From an uncultured Spirochaetota bacterium (GTDB lineage Bacteria > Spirochaetota > Brevinematia > Brevinematales > JAOACQ01), in contig CAVYGN010000001.1 in assembly GCA_963768055.1 (NCBI GenBank), positions 53,590 through 117,589 of the forward strand: a stretch of 64,000 bases of DNA. The letters run 5' to 3'. Numbering within the stretch: the stretch's first letter is position 1; the number at the start of each line of letters is the position of its first letter. The notes under the pieces were generated by a model. It was not told the DNA's origin. It saw only the letters and a program-made list of their open reading frames with translations, and did no database searches. Both the position numbers and the translations under genes were made by a program. Positions 29,076 to 38,809 of this stretch are shown here, one piece after another.

Positions 29076-29630
29076 TTAAGAAATGTTACAGCAGCAGCAT
29101 GTGACGGGCCGGATGTCGATGATTGTACCAAAGCGGTCGAATTCGAAATGGCAGCAATTCATGAGGCTGTCCCTGACTAATTTGCGGCCCCTCTGGACGC
29201 GCGACTTGGCACATGATGATGAAATACCAAGTTTTTCCGCTACTTCAACGATTGATAAACCCTGAAATTCGAATAAGAGAAGAGCCTGCGCGTACTTTTC
29301 CGGCAGGGTTTCGATCATATTTCTCAGGCCCGAAGCGATTTCATCCTCCGGGCTTTCCTCTTCTCTTTCATAGCCGATTTCGATATCATCTATATCCTTG
29401 ATCCCTGTCCTGCGTTTCCTGTAATAGTCTATTATCGTATTCCGCGCTATCCGGTAGATCCATCCTACCAGCTTCGACTGTTCCTCGAGTTTATCGATAT
29501 TAAGGTGGATCTTTAAAAAAACATCCTGAAGGATATCGTCGATATCGGAGCGGTTGGATATCCTATGGTATATAAAAGCCCTTATCCTTTCTCCGAAATC
29601 TTCCCAGATTTGATTGAAATCATGCGGCAT
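29076..29630 (-). CDS. sigZ: ECF RNA polymerase sigma factor, SigZ-like, with Cys-rich C-terminus
   Basis: DDILQDVFLKIH, WIYRIARNTIIDYYRK, AKSRVQRGRK; tail CCHFEFDRFG..TCCCC. Confidence 0.85.
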   Translation of the reverse strand: MPHDFNQIWEDFGERIRAFIYHRISNRSDIDDILQDVFLKIHLNIDKLEEQSKLVGWIYRIARNTIIDYYRKRRTGIKDIDDIEIGYEREEESPEDEIASGLRNMIETLPEKYAQALLLFEFQGLSIVEVAEKLGISSSCAKSRVQRGRKLVRDSLMNCCHFEFDRFGTIIDIRPVTCCCCNIS

Positions 29631-29678
29631 AATTACCCAAAACCTCCGTCATCTTCAAAAAAAATATTTTTTTACAAG

Positions 29679-29714
29679 ATATGACGTGAATATTTTTGAA
29701 AGGATGCAAAGTCC
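29679..29714 (-). promoter_or_regulatory. ECF sigma-type promoter, copy 3 (autoregulatory position)
   Basis: Minus strand TGCATC-16 bp-CGTC; 28/36 identical to copy 2 with -35 and -10 conserved. Confidence 0.75.
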
Positions 29715-29862
29715 GGGATTTTTTTTGCATTACATTATAAGTTCCAATAAATTATACTCTTCTTAAAGGAAAAAATTCAACATCTTTCTTTATTTTTTAA
29801 GCCGGCCTCTTTAACCTTATGTTAAAATATTCTTTCAGCTGTGAGAATTTGTTTAGTTTCTT

Positions 29863-32211
29863 ATGAGGTTCCGGATGAAAAGATTTTTTGCGGTTTCAGC
29901 AATTATCTTCACCTTCAATGTAATGTCTTTTCCTGCAAACCTTACTGTAAAAGTAACCGACGGGAAGATCGCTCTCGAAGATGCGACTGTGGTCATCATG
30001 GAACTCAAAACGAATATTCTGACTTCCGACATGGGCATAATTTTTGTCAAAAATATACCGGACGGGAAATACACAATGATCGCAGTCCTGCCGGGATATG
30101 AAAAATACAGCAATGTCATAGAGATGAACGGAGAAGACAGGGAGATCGATGTGAGGCTCAGGCCGGTTACTTTTTCCCTCGGCGAAATAAATGTCGAAGC
30201 GAAAAAGAACGAGGGAAAGGTCCAGACTACAACCACTATAAAAAAAGACGAACTCGAGGCAAATACACAGACCTTCATGAACGATGCGGTAAAGACCCTC
30301 CAGCTTATGCCCGGCGTCTCGTCCGGAGGGGGGACTTTCGACAGCAGGATGTACATACAGGGCGGCGACCAGGACGAATGGATCGCTTACATGGACGGTA
30401 TATGGATCATGAACCCGACTGTATTCGGAGGGTTCCTGTCGATGTTCAACCCTTATGTGATAGAAAACATAGACCTTTACACGGCAGGGTATCCCGTCGA
30501 GTACGGACAGGGTCTTTCAGGCATAATTGTCGTCGATACGAAGAATGGAAATAAGGACAGGCTGAAGGGATTTATCGATATTTCCCTTATTTCGGCGGAG
30601 ATGCTCCTTGAAGGGCCTTTAAGTTCAAACTTCACGGTGATGTTCGATATGAGAAGGACCTATTACGATCTTTATCTGTCGGAAATATTTTCCAGTTCAC
30701 TGCTTTCAGGGGTCCAGCTTCCATATCTTTGGGACGGGATAATAAAATTCGACTGGGACATTTCCCCTCATGACAACCTTACCCTGGACCTTTACGGCAA
30801 CATAGAGGGATTGAAATGGGATTTCAGCGGTTTTAGAGGGTCGTCCGGCTCGAATGAGGAATTTTATTACCAGCAGATAAACCTTATCGGCAGCATGAAA
30901 TATACCCACAGGGATGATTCGGGCGACGCATTCGATCTTGTCGCAGGCGCAACACCTCAATTCAACCAGGACCAGTTAAGCGGAAGCCCTAATACCTTTT
31001 TTGACGACACTGAAAATGATTATTTATACCAGGTAAAGTCGGATTATTTTTTAAATTCCATTAAAGGGCACAAAATTCAGCTGGGCGGGCAATTTGTATA
31101 TGATGTCCCGACCGGCAGCGATGTGATCAGCAATTATTCGCTAAACGCGCAGGGCCAATGGGCGAACACTTCGGAACTGGATCTTAACTACAATTCGACC
31201 CGGATCGCTTATTACAGCGGTTATCTCATGGATAACTGGGAGATCTTCCCCTCGATAATCATAGAGGGAGGGGGAAGGGAGGAGTATTATACGCTAAATG
31301 GCGAAAGCGCCTTCAACCCCCAGGCAGGGATAAAGTGGGAGAGCACCGATGCGCTCGATTTCTACCTGAGGGGAGGTTTATATCATCTTTTTCCTACGGA
31401 TATTTCCTATATAGACAGCAATATGGGGAATCCTGACTTGCAGAGCGAGAAAGTCTGGCATGTCATCGGGGGGACCGAATATTCAAGCGGTGATTACGTC
31501 CTGCGCCTGGAGGGTTTTTACAAGTACTATTACGACCTGTGGGAAAGCGATTCAATACTCCGCTACAATAACGACGGGATAAGGAATATATACGGCGGGG
31601 ATGTCTACATCCAGAAAAAGGCAAGGAAGGGCGAATGGCTTTCGGGATGGATCGCTTACACATATGTTTACGGTGCAGAGGACGTAATCGACAGGTCGCC
31701 TGATAATCCCGCGAATCCTTATCAGACTCCCTTAAACGACTGGTATGTCCCCGATTATCTCCGGGAGGATACTATATCGGCCATTATTGAAATGACGTAT
31801 TATAAAAATCCGGACGTGCCTTCTTTTCTAGACTTTCTTAACGAATGGAAGCTTTCCCTTGAGCTTTCGGCGCTTAGCGGCAAGCCATACACGCCGGCGA
31901 CTAATTTCATACAGAGCACCGATCCAAACGGCAATACGGTTTATTACATAAACTACGGCTCATACGACAGCCAGTATACTCCATGGTATATAAGGCTTGA
32001 CGTAAAGATTACAATACCTGTAGGACTGCATTTTCTCAGCGGACTTCTTGGGCCCAATGTGAACGGCTATTTCTATGTTGAAGTATTAAATGTTCTAAAC
32101 CTTTCGAATGTGATAGGCTACTATTACAGCGTCCAGAACGGCCAGCTTACCCAGACCCCGGAAAAAGACCTTCCGTTCGTGCCTTTCGCCGGATTCCGCA
32201 TAGAGTTTTAG
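29863..32211 (+). CDS. TonB-dependent receptor
   Basis: Signal peptide; carboxypeptidase-regulatory-like N-domain; plug LQLMPGV; YPVEYGQGLSGII; C-terminal FRIEF. Confidence 0.9.
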   Translation: MRFRMKRFFAVSAIIFTFNVMSFPANLTVKVTDGKIALEDATVVIMELKTNILTSDMGIIFVKNIPDGKYTMIAVLPGYEKYSNVIEMNGEDREIDVRLRPVTFSLGEINVEAKKNEGKVQTTTTIKKDELEANTQTFMNDAVKTLQLMPGVSSGGGTFDSRMYIQGGDQDEWIAYMDGIWIMNPTVFGGFLSMFNPYVIENIDLYTAGYPVEYGQGLSGIIVVDTKNGNKDRLKGFIDISLISAEMLLEGPLSSNFTVMFDMRRTYYDLYLSEIFSSSLLSGVQLPYLWDGIIKFDWDISPHDNLTLDLYGNIEGLKWDFSGFRGSSGSNEEFYYQQINLIGSMKYTHRDDSGDAFDLVAGATPQFNQDQLSGSPNTFFDDTENDYLYQVKSDYFLNSIKGHKIQLGGQFVYDVPTGSDVISNYSLNAQGQWANTSELDLNYNSTRIAYYSGYLMDNWEIFPSIIIEGGGREEYYTLNGESAFNPQAGIKWESTDALDFYLRGGLYHLFPTDISYIDSNMGNPDLQSEKVWHVIGGTEYSSGDYVLRLEGFYKYYYDLWESDSILRYNNDGIRNIYGGDVYIQKKARKGEWLSGWIAYTYVYGAEDVIDRSPDNPANPYQTPLNDWYVPDYLREDTISAIIEMTYYKNPDVPSFLDFLNEWKLSLELSALSGKPYTPATNFIQSTDPNGNTVYYINYGSYDSQYTPWYIRLDVKITIPVGLHFLSGLLGPNVNGYFYVEVLNVLNLSNVIGYYYSVQNGQLTQTPEKDLPFVPFAGFRIEF

Positions 32212-32219
32212 GAACTAAA

Positions 32220-32792
32220 CTACCTGTGCCATCCCCCGCGCCAGCCGCCATGCCAGCCGCCGTGCCAGCCCCACCCATGATAGAAACCCCGGTGCGGGCC
32301 GAAATAACCCCAGTGCGGACCTATGTAAAAAACCGGGCCGGGCACATATGGTCCCTCAATAATAATCCATGGTCCGGTATAAAAGGGCGACCTGTACCAG
32401 GCCCCGTCTTCGTACCTCCACCAGTATCCGCCGTAGTAATAGACAAGTTCGCCGTTATAATCATAATACCCTTCCGAACCCGGGACAGGTATTAATTGCG
32501 GCTGCTGGACCTGTGAATTTTGATTGTTCTGTACATTGGTGGAAGGTTGTGTCGGCTGGGGGGCTTTAAGATCAACCTGTGACCCCTTTGCCGCGTCGAA
32601 CACGGATTTGATGTCGGCTATTTTAATCGATCTCGCTTTTCCGTTTTCGCCGTCAAGGTACAACTCTTCGGCAGTTTTTCCCAGCATATTGCCCTTGACA
32701 ACGCTTCCATCGTTCAAAATTATGTTTACTTCGAAAGAATATAGGAGAGTCATGGGCAGTAGAAGTATCGCCGTCATCAATATTTTTTTCAT
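32220..32792 (-). CDS. exported protein with Q/P linker and Y/W/G/H-rich C-terminus
   Basis: Signal peptide; GWHGGWHGGWRGGWHR encoded by 12-bp repeats; GGAGG RBS. Confidence 0.7.
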   Translation of the reverse strand: MKKILMTAILLLPMTLLYSFEVNIILNDGSVVKGNMLGKTAEELYLDGENGKARSIKIADIKSVFDAAKGSQVDLKAPQPTQPSTNVQNNQNSQVQQPQLIPVPGSEGYYDYNGELVYYYGGYWWRYEDGAWYRSPFYTGPWIIIEGPYVPGPVFYIGPHWGYFGPHRGFYHGWGWHGGWHGGWRGGWHR

Positions 32793-32928
32793 AACCGCCT
32801 CCATGAAGCTTCATGTATAATATAATAAGGGTTTTTCCCAAAAGAAAGATTCAGTATTTAGATCTGTCTTTTTCAGCGATTGCGTTGTGAATCTATGCTG
32901 TATGGCGCCCGGCTTACGGTACTTACAG

Positions 32929-33339
32929 TTACTGCTGCCGTAGCGTTCCCGAACCGGCTATCGAAGACATTATGATTCCCGCTATAGTATACTGGATCAA
33001 GCCTTCAATAAACCATATGACTGCAATTTTAAAAGGTATAGGGTATAAGGCGTATTGTTTGAATGATGAATATCCGGCCATAAGTATGCCGATCAGGAAG
33101 CCGTAAAAAATTCCCTCTGTAATACCCTTGCCTTTGTAAATACGGGCAAATATGAATACAAAAAGCAGGGTCGAAACCAGATATAAAACCGGTTCGAGCC
33201 AGAATATCATCTGAGGCCGCCATACATTGCTTAAAGAATTATTTATCTTGACAAGAAGTAGGGAATCAAATAAAAAATCGATAATTGCAAAGCAGAAAAA
33301 TACAGCGGCAATTGTAATAAAGTATTTTTTGACGGTCAT
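32929..33339 (-). CDS. four-TM membrane protein
   Basis: Hydrophobic segments; GGAGG RBS. Confidence 0.7.
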   Translation of the reverse strand: MTVKKYFITIAAVFFCFAIIDFLFDSLLLVKINNSLSNVWRPQMIFWLEPVLYLVSTLLFVFIFARIYKGKGITEGIFYGFLIGILMAGYSSFKQYALYPIPFKIAVIWFIEGLIQYTIAGIIMSSIAGSGTLRQQ

Positions 33340-33351
33340 TGTCAACCTCCT

Positions 33352-34362
33352 TTATGATAACACGGATAATTTATTTCTTCTGGTTGAAGAAGTCAAGTGC
33401 AGGATAAGCTCCCCGATGTCCCCGACAAATTCCAGCCCGGCGTTTCTTCCGGTGCCCGAGAATACCATTTGATTATTCTCATAAAAACAGACCATGATAT
33501 TCGATTTCAGGGATTCGTTAACTTTTGCCGTCATCTCGCCAAGCTTAGGAGCCGGCAGGTCGATTCCCTCGGTTCTGTCGGCGTATATTTCCATAGAACG
33601 TCTTTTATCTTTTACTGTTATTTGTATCGTCTCTGACGATAAGATGATTTTATCTATCCGGGCTCCGGTATATGTCGCAAACCGGTAAATGCGGTTTTTA
33701 TAATAAAAACCGAAGATGAATCCTGTAAAATAACTTCCGAGCCATGGGATTTTAGCGATTGAACCGAACAAAGAGATTCCGTCTTCGTCAAAGTGATTGG
33801 TCTGCATCCAGATCCATGATGACGGCATCGATCGGCCCCAGTCCTTTTCCATGTAGCCCTTACCGCCTGTAAAATCGGTAGTTATGCCGTTAACATCAAA
33901 ATAACCGTATATATCATGATCAAAGCTCATGGTGGCATGATAGCATTCCATCATGGGCACGAAAGCGTACCAGCCCATTGTTCCCGGAGAGAAAGGGGAT
34001 ACCGGCCAGGGAAAGATGTTTTTAAAATTCAGGTCGGCTTTTATTTTGTCCCTTCCGTCGTCCATATCCAGGAGCATTTGTTCCAGGGAAAAATAATTAC
34101 CGCCGATTTTAAGCTCGAACTTTTTTGTATTTGCCCGGAACTCGCCGATCGGATATTGATAATAATAGAGTTTCCGATTTCTGGCGTCCGCAAGCATAAC
34201 AAAAGAATGCGATTTTGACGTATTCATCGATATTGAAATTCCGGGAATGACTGCATAAGCTGTTTTCTCATCCCTGCTGATCGACTTAAAATACCAGCCC
34301 TCAAAATAGTTCTTCTTCTTCACTTTGCCCTGAAAAACCTCAGGCTTCCAAAGATTCGACAT
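33352..34362 (-). CDS. tocopherol cyclase family protein
   Basis: YFEGWYFK, MGWYAFVPMMECYH, GYMEKDWGRSMP..WIWMQ. Confidence 0.9.
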   Translation of the reverse strand: MSNLWKPEVFQGKVKKKNYFEGWYFKSISRDEKTAYAVIPGISISMNTSKSHSFVMLADARNRKLYYYQYPIGEFRANTKKFELKIGGNYFSLEQMLLDMDDGRDKIKADLNFKNIFPWPVSPFSPGTMGWYAFVPMMECYHATMSFDHDIYGYFDVNGITTDFTGGKGYMEKDWGRSMPSSWIWMQTNHFDEDGISLFGSIAKIPWLGSYFTGFIFGFYYKNRIYRFATYTGARIDKIILSSETIQITVKDKRRSMEIYADRTEGIDLPAPKLGEMTAKVNESLKSNIMVCFYENNQMVFSGTGRNAGLEFVGDIGELILHLTSSTRRNKLSVLS

Positions 34363-34428
34363 GCATCCCCCGAATAATAAATATAGAATATAATGATCAT
34401 ATTGACAAATTAGAAAATTAATTTTATT

Positions 34429-34448
34429 ATTTAATAAGCCTATTAAAT
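34429..34448. promoter_or_regulatory. putative TetR operator of the ABC operon
   Basis: ATTTAATA-N4-TATTAAAT perfect IR downstream of TTGACA. Confidence 0.5.
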
Positions 34449-34477
34449 ATCATTATTAAATAGCGGGGAAAATTTAT

Positions 34478-35167
34478 ATGGGTATTGCCGCATCTTTCAG
34501 CAAAGTTAGGAAATCATATTCCTCAGGCGAAGCGAGAACCGCTGTTCTTAAAGACCTTGATTTCAAGATCGAAAACGAGGAAATGGCGGCTTTTGCAGGG
34601 CCTTCCGGATCGGGTAAAACCACTATCCTTAACCTTCTCGGCTGCATAGACAACCCCGATTCCGGAAAAATAGAAATAGACGGCCTCGATATCACATCGA
34701 TGGGACAGGGAAAACTCGCGGAATTAAGAAATAGCAAAATAGGGTTTATCTTCCAGAGCTTTAACCTTATACCGGTCCTGACGGCATTTGAAAACGCGGA
34801 GTTTCCCCTGCTTCTAGGAGGAATGAAAGACAGGGATCAAAGAAGGGAAAAGGTGATGGAAATATTTAAACTCGTCGGAATTGAAAAATTAGCCTCCCGG
34901 CTTCCGGGGCAGCTTTCGGGGGGCCAGCAGCAAAGGGTCGCTATAGCAAGGGCCCTTGTTAAAAAACCCCTCCTGATCCTGGCCGACGAGCCGACAGCAA
35001 ACCTGGATTCAAAGAGCGCATCCGAAACCCTGGAACTGATGAGGATGATGAATAATGAACTTAAAACGACTTTTGTATTTTCGACCCATGATATTAAAAT
35101 AATGGAATTCGCCAAAAGGCTGATCCGGCTGGTTGACGGAAATATAGTTTCGGATGAAAAAAAATGA
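34478..35167 (+). CDS. ABC transporter ATP-binding protein (LolD/MacB type)
   Basis: GPSGSGKT, LSGGQQQRVAIARAL, LADEPT. Confidence 0.95.
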   Translation: MGIAASFSKVRKSYSSGEARTAVLKDLDFKIENEEMAAFAGPSGSGKTTILNLLGCIDNPDSGKIEIDGLDITSMGQGKLAELRNSKIGFIFQSFNLIPVLTAFENAEFPLLLGGMKDRDQRREKVMEIFKLVGIEKLASRLPGQLSGGQQQRVAIARALVKKPLLILADEPTANLDSKSASETLELMRMMNNELKTTFVFSTHDIKIMEFAKRLIRLVDGNIVSDEKK

Positions 35168-36420
35168 TCGGGCCGGCTGATTTATTGAAACTTGCCGCAA
35201 GGAATGTCCGCCGAAACCGCGCCAGGACCGTTCTTACTGTGGCCGCCAGCGCTGTCGGCATAATGGTTTTCCTGTTATCGAGCGCCATGCTGGGCGGGAT
35301 CGATGAAACCTCGATCAGGAACCTCGTTAACTCGGATACGGCCCATATTAAAATTTACAATACGGCTTATTATCCCGACAGGAAAAATATGTACCTTGAG
35401 AACCTTATTCAGGGCTATGATAAAATTACAGTAAAAATCAAATCGCTTGACAGCGTAATTTCCGTAACTCCCCGCCTTAAATTCACCGGGGCCGTATCCA
35501 TGCCTGAAGAAGACGCCCCCTGTACAATTATCGGTGTCGATCCGGAAACCGATGGTAAAGTCTTTAATATCCTGAAAAGCGTTATAACGCCGGGCAAAGG
35601 CGCTGATTTTTATAATAATCCGCACTCCTGCCTCCTGGGGGTAAAGTTCGCCGATTATATAGGGGTAAAACAGGGTGACGAGATTTTACTTTCGGGAAGA
35701 ACCATGCATGGCACTTATAACGCCGACAGTTATACCGTATCCGGGTTTGTTTCGTGCGACAATCCTGCAATCGACGCATTCTCCGTTATACTCCCCCTTA
35801 AATCGGCATTAGAATTCGCCGATACGGGTGAAAGAGTGAGCGAAATAGATATCTCCTTAGGATCCAAAGATTCTCCCCTGATTGGCAAAGTCATGGATTC
35901 TCTGCGGGAGCAAAATAATCTGCCGCCAGGGCTCAATGCTTATTCCTGGAAAGACGAGCTTTCGGATATGCTGACGGTATTCGGGATCAGGCGTTTCGCA
36001 CAGAAATTGATCATATCCCTGCTGTCCATAATAGCAATTGCCGGCATTGCCAACACCATGCTGATGGCCGTTTTCGAGAGGACAAAAGAAATCGGGACAA
36101 TGGAGGCAATGGGAATGAAAAAGAGCGAGATCATGCAGCTATTCCTTTTCGAGGGGATAATCATAGGTATCGCGGGCTCCCTTGCCGCTATAGTAATCAC
36201 CTCGATTCCCCTTACCATTCTCACCAATATCGGGATCGAGGTCAAGGGTTCGGAACTCCTGGCTAATGTCCCGATATCGAGCAGGATCTACGGTTACCTG
36301 GAATGGTCGTATTACCCTGTCGCATTGATCATCGCTTTCATCACCTCTGTGATCGCTTCGGTTTATCCGGCCCTTAAAGCAGCCGGCCTCAATATTGCGA
36401 TGGTCCTCAGGAGTAAATGA
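35164..36420 (+). CDS. ABC transporter permease (FtsX/LolE type)
   Basis: MacB-like periplasmic domain; NTMLMAVFERTKEIGTMEAMG. Confidence 0.9.
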   Translation: MIGPADLLKLAARNVRRNRARTVLTVAASAVGIMVFLLSSAMLGGIDETSIRNLVNSDTAHIKIYNTAYYPDRKNMYLENLIQGYDKITVKIKSLDSVISVTPRLKFTGAVSMPEEDAPCTIIGVDPETDGKVFNILKSVITPGKGADFYNNPHSCLLGVKFADYIGVKQGDEILLSGRTMHGTYNADSYTVSGFVSCDNPAIDAFSVILPLKSALEFADTGERVSEIDISLGSKDSPLIGKVMDSLREQNNLPPGLNAYSWKDELSDMLTVFGIRRFAQKLIISLLSIIAIAGIANTMLMAVFERTKEIGTMEAMGMKKSEIMQLFLFEGIIIGIAGSLAAIVITSIPLTILTNIGIEVKGSELLANVPISSRIYGYLEWSYYPVALIIAFITSVIASVYPALKAAGLNIAMVLRSK

Positions 36421-37655
36421 TGCATTATTTAATTTCTTTTTCCATGAAAAACATTTTAAGGAACAAGAGGCGGACGCTTCTTACTCTGATTGGAATTATA
36501 CTTGCAATATCGGCCCTGATAATAGGCTATTCGGTCCTTACCGGAGTTTTAAATCAGGTCCTTGAAGCGTCGGTTAAATCGTCGGGAGATATCTGCATCC
36601 AGACCAGGGCCTTCACGAAATCGGAAAGGCTTCTTCCAACCGATAAGGGCCTGTCAGATCTAACCGGACTCATCGATGCGATTAAGAAATATCCGCAGAT
36701 AAAATATGCCATTCCGAATGTTAAATTTGCCGGTTTATTCGTTACAAACGATGAAAACTTTGCTTCAATGGGAAATTCCATTGTTCCTTCAACCGAAAAG
36801 GATTTCTTAAGGCTTCAGGACAATCTGGTCGCAGGGACATATTTTTCAGGAGGCACTAACGAAGCGGTCATCGGCATAGAGATTGCCAGGAAGCTCGGGT
36901 TGAAAGCCGGCGACACCGCCCTTTTTGTCACTAAGAACAGCTTCGATTCGCTGGCCGCCAGGAGGTTCAAGATAGTCGGAATAGCCGATTTCAGCATGTA
37001 TGAATTGAACAGGACTTTTTACGCCGACCTTGATACGGTTTATTCCCTCCTTAAAATAACGGGAAGCCCGCAGAAACTGATGATAATACTCCGGAACAGT
37101 TCGGATATGGATACCTTCAAGGGGACACTTTTAAAAGACCCTTATATCAGGGAGCATAAGCTCGATGTGTTCAGGGCCGATGAAATAGGAATTTTCTCGA
37201 CAGTATTCCCGCTCATGACCTGGATAGCGAGGTTTGTAATGCTTCTTTTCCTCCTGACGGCGGGGATGACTATAGTCAATACCATGATGATGACTGTCCT
37301 TGAAAGGACCGCTGAAATCGGGGTCCTTCAGTCGATGGGCATGAAACGCGGCGCCGCGATAATAATGATCATCACCGAAAGCTCTTTGATCGGGCTTATC
37401 GGAAGCACCTGTGGAGCCGCAATAGCCGGCCCGGCGGCTTTTTATCTTGCCAGGAACGGGATAATACTCGGAGAAAACATAGCAAAGGGAATGCCGATAG
37501 CGATTAAAAACGTGATCTACCCGTATATCAGCATCGGATCGATCGCCGGTATTATGGCGATAGGAGTTATTATGGCGGCTGGGGCAGGCGCCATCCCGGC
37601 TCTTTTAAAAATTTTAAGGCTGAATCCCGCCCAGGCCATAAGGTCCAAGGGATGA
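36417..37655 (+). CDS. ABC transporter permease (FtsX/LolE type)
   Basis: NILRNKRRT; NTMMMTVLERTAEIGVLQSMG. Confidence 0.9.
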   Translation: MMHYLISFSMKNILRNKRRTLLTLIGIILAISALIIGYSVLTGVLNQVLEASVKSSGDICIQTRAFTKSERLLPTDKGLSDLTGLIDAIKKYPQIKYAIPNVKFAGLFVTNDENFASMGNSIVPSTEKDFLRLQDNLVAGTYFSGGTNEAVIGIEIARKLGLKAGDTALFVTKNSFDSLAARRFKIVGIADFSMYELNRTFYADLDTVYSLLKITGSPQKLMIILRNSSDMDTFKGTLLKDPYIREHKLDVFRADEIGIFSTVFPLMTWIARFVMLLFLLTAGMTIVNTMMMTVLERTAEIGVLQSMGMKRGAAIIMIITESSLIGLIGSTCGAAIAGPAAFYLARNGIILGENIAKGMPIAIKNVIYPYISIGSIAGIMAIGVIMAAGAGAIPALLKILRLNPAQAIRSKG

Positions 37656-38263
37656 AAGAAAGTAAAGCCGAACAGGTTATTCTTGAAGCCGCGGAAAAAT
37701 TATTCCTGGAAAAAGGGTTCTCGATGACATCCACTACCCTGATCGCTAAAGCCGCCGGCTGCAATCAGGCCCTTATTCATTATTACTTCCGCACTAAAGA
37801 ACATTTGTTCGAAGCGGTGTTTGAAAAAAAAATGAAAATGTTCGTATCGACGTTTTTCCAGGCGGGGAAAGAAAATTCAACTTTAGAAGATAAATTGAAA
37901 CAAAAAATCGAAACCCATTTCGATATGCTTAAAGCCAACCCCCAGCTGCCCTTTTTAATATTTAATGAATTGATAACAAACCCCAAAAGGCTTGATAAAT
38001 TCAAGAATAAAATAAAAACAATTGCTCGGCCGATTCTTCTTCAAATTCAGTCTGATTTGCAGACGGAGATAGAAAAAGGAAATATCCGTCCAATTACCGC
38101 TGTAGATTTATTGATCACGATTTTTTCACTCAATGTAATTCTGTTCCTTGGTAGCCCGATCCTGAAAACTATTGCGAACCTATCGGACGATGAATATCAA
38201 AATTTTATCGAACACAGAAAACGGGAAAATGTAACTGCAATTCTAAAAAGCCTGCGCCCCTGA
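37652..38263 (+). CDS. TetR/AcrR family transcriptional regulator
   Basis: ILEAAEKLFLEKGF..IAKAAGCNQALIHYYFRTKE. Confidence 0.92.
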   Translation: MKESKAEQVILEAAEKLFLEKGFSMTSTTLIAKAAGCNQALIHYYFRTKEHLFEAVFEKKMKMFVSTFFQAGKENSTLEDKLKQKIETHFDMLKANPQLPFLIFNELITNPKRLDKFKNKIKTIARPILLQIQSDLQTEIEKGNIRPITAVDLLITIFSLNVILFLGSPILKTIANLSDDEYQNFIEHRKRENVTAILKSLRP

Positions 38264-38745
38264 CCTTGAGACCCTGCAATTCCCGCCATTGTTTGATTTT
38301 TGATATTCAGTTAAAATCACTTATTTTAAAAAATTCAGTGAATATTCCTGATTGCAAATACCCGGATTATTTGTACCATTAATTGCGGAATGATTTTAAT
38401 TAAAATAATCAGAGGATATTTTGATAAAAATAATTATATTTATTTTTTCACTTTGCTGTTTGACTTTCGCTTTCTATTTCAGGGATTTAATTGTGGCCGG
38501 TTTAATTTTTTTTATGATAGGGCTATCCGGAATGCTGTATCTGATAAAAAATTATTTGAATAAGAATAAGATAGACCCTCCTGCAAAAAATAAATCATGA
38601 AAAGGAATAATTGGCCCCTCAAAAAAAATATAAAACAACTTGACTTTTCATTTTATTTCTTACTATATTCAATTAATAATAATTTAAGAGGCTGCAAGTC
38701 TGAAAATATTTCTTTTAAAAAAATCTCTGCCTTCCTCCTATAAAG

Positions 38746-38786
38746 AGAGCTGTGTCCATTGATTGGGGACAGCTCTTTATTTTTTT
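38746..38786 (+). terminator. terminator-like hairpin in the 5' region of the desaturase gene
   Basis: AGAGCTGT/ACAGCTCT stem followed by TTATTTTTTT. Confidence 0.55.
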
Positions 38787-38809
38787 GAACGCATGGAAAG
38801 GAGATTTCG

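Noticed and set aside
28997-29131. N-terminal extension of the GH5 ORF
   Set aside because: Runs through the ECF promoter copy and the sigZ 3' end
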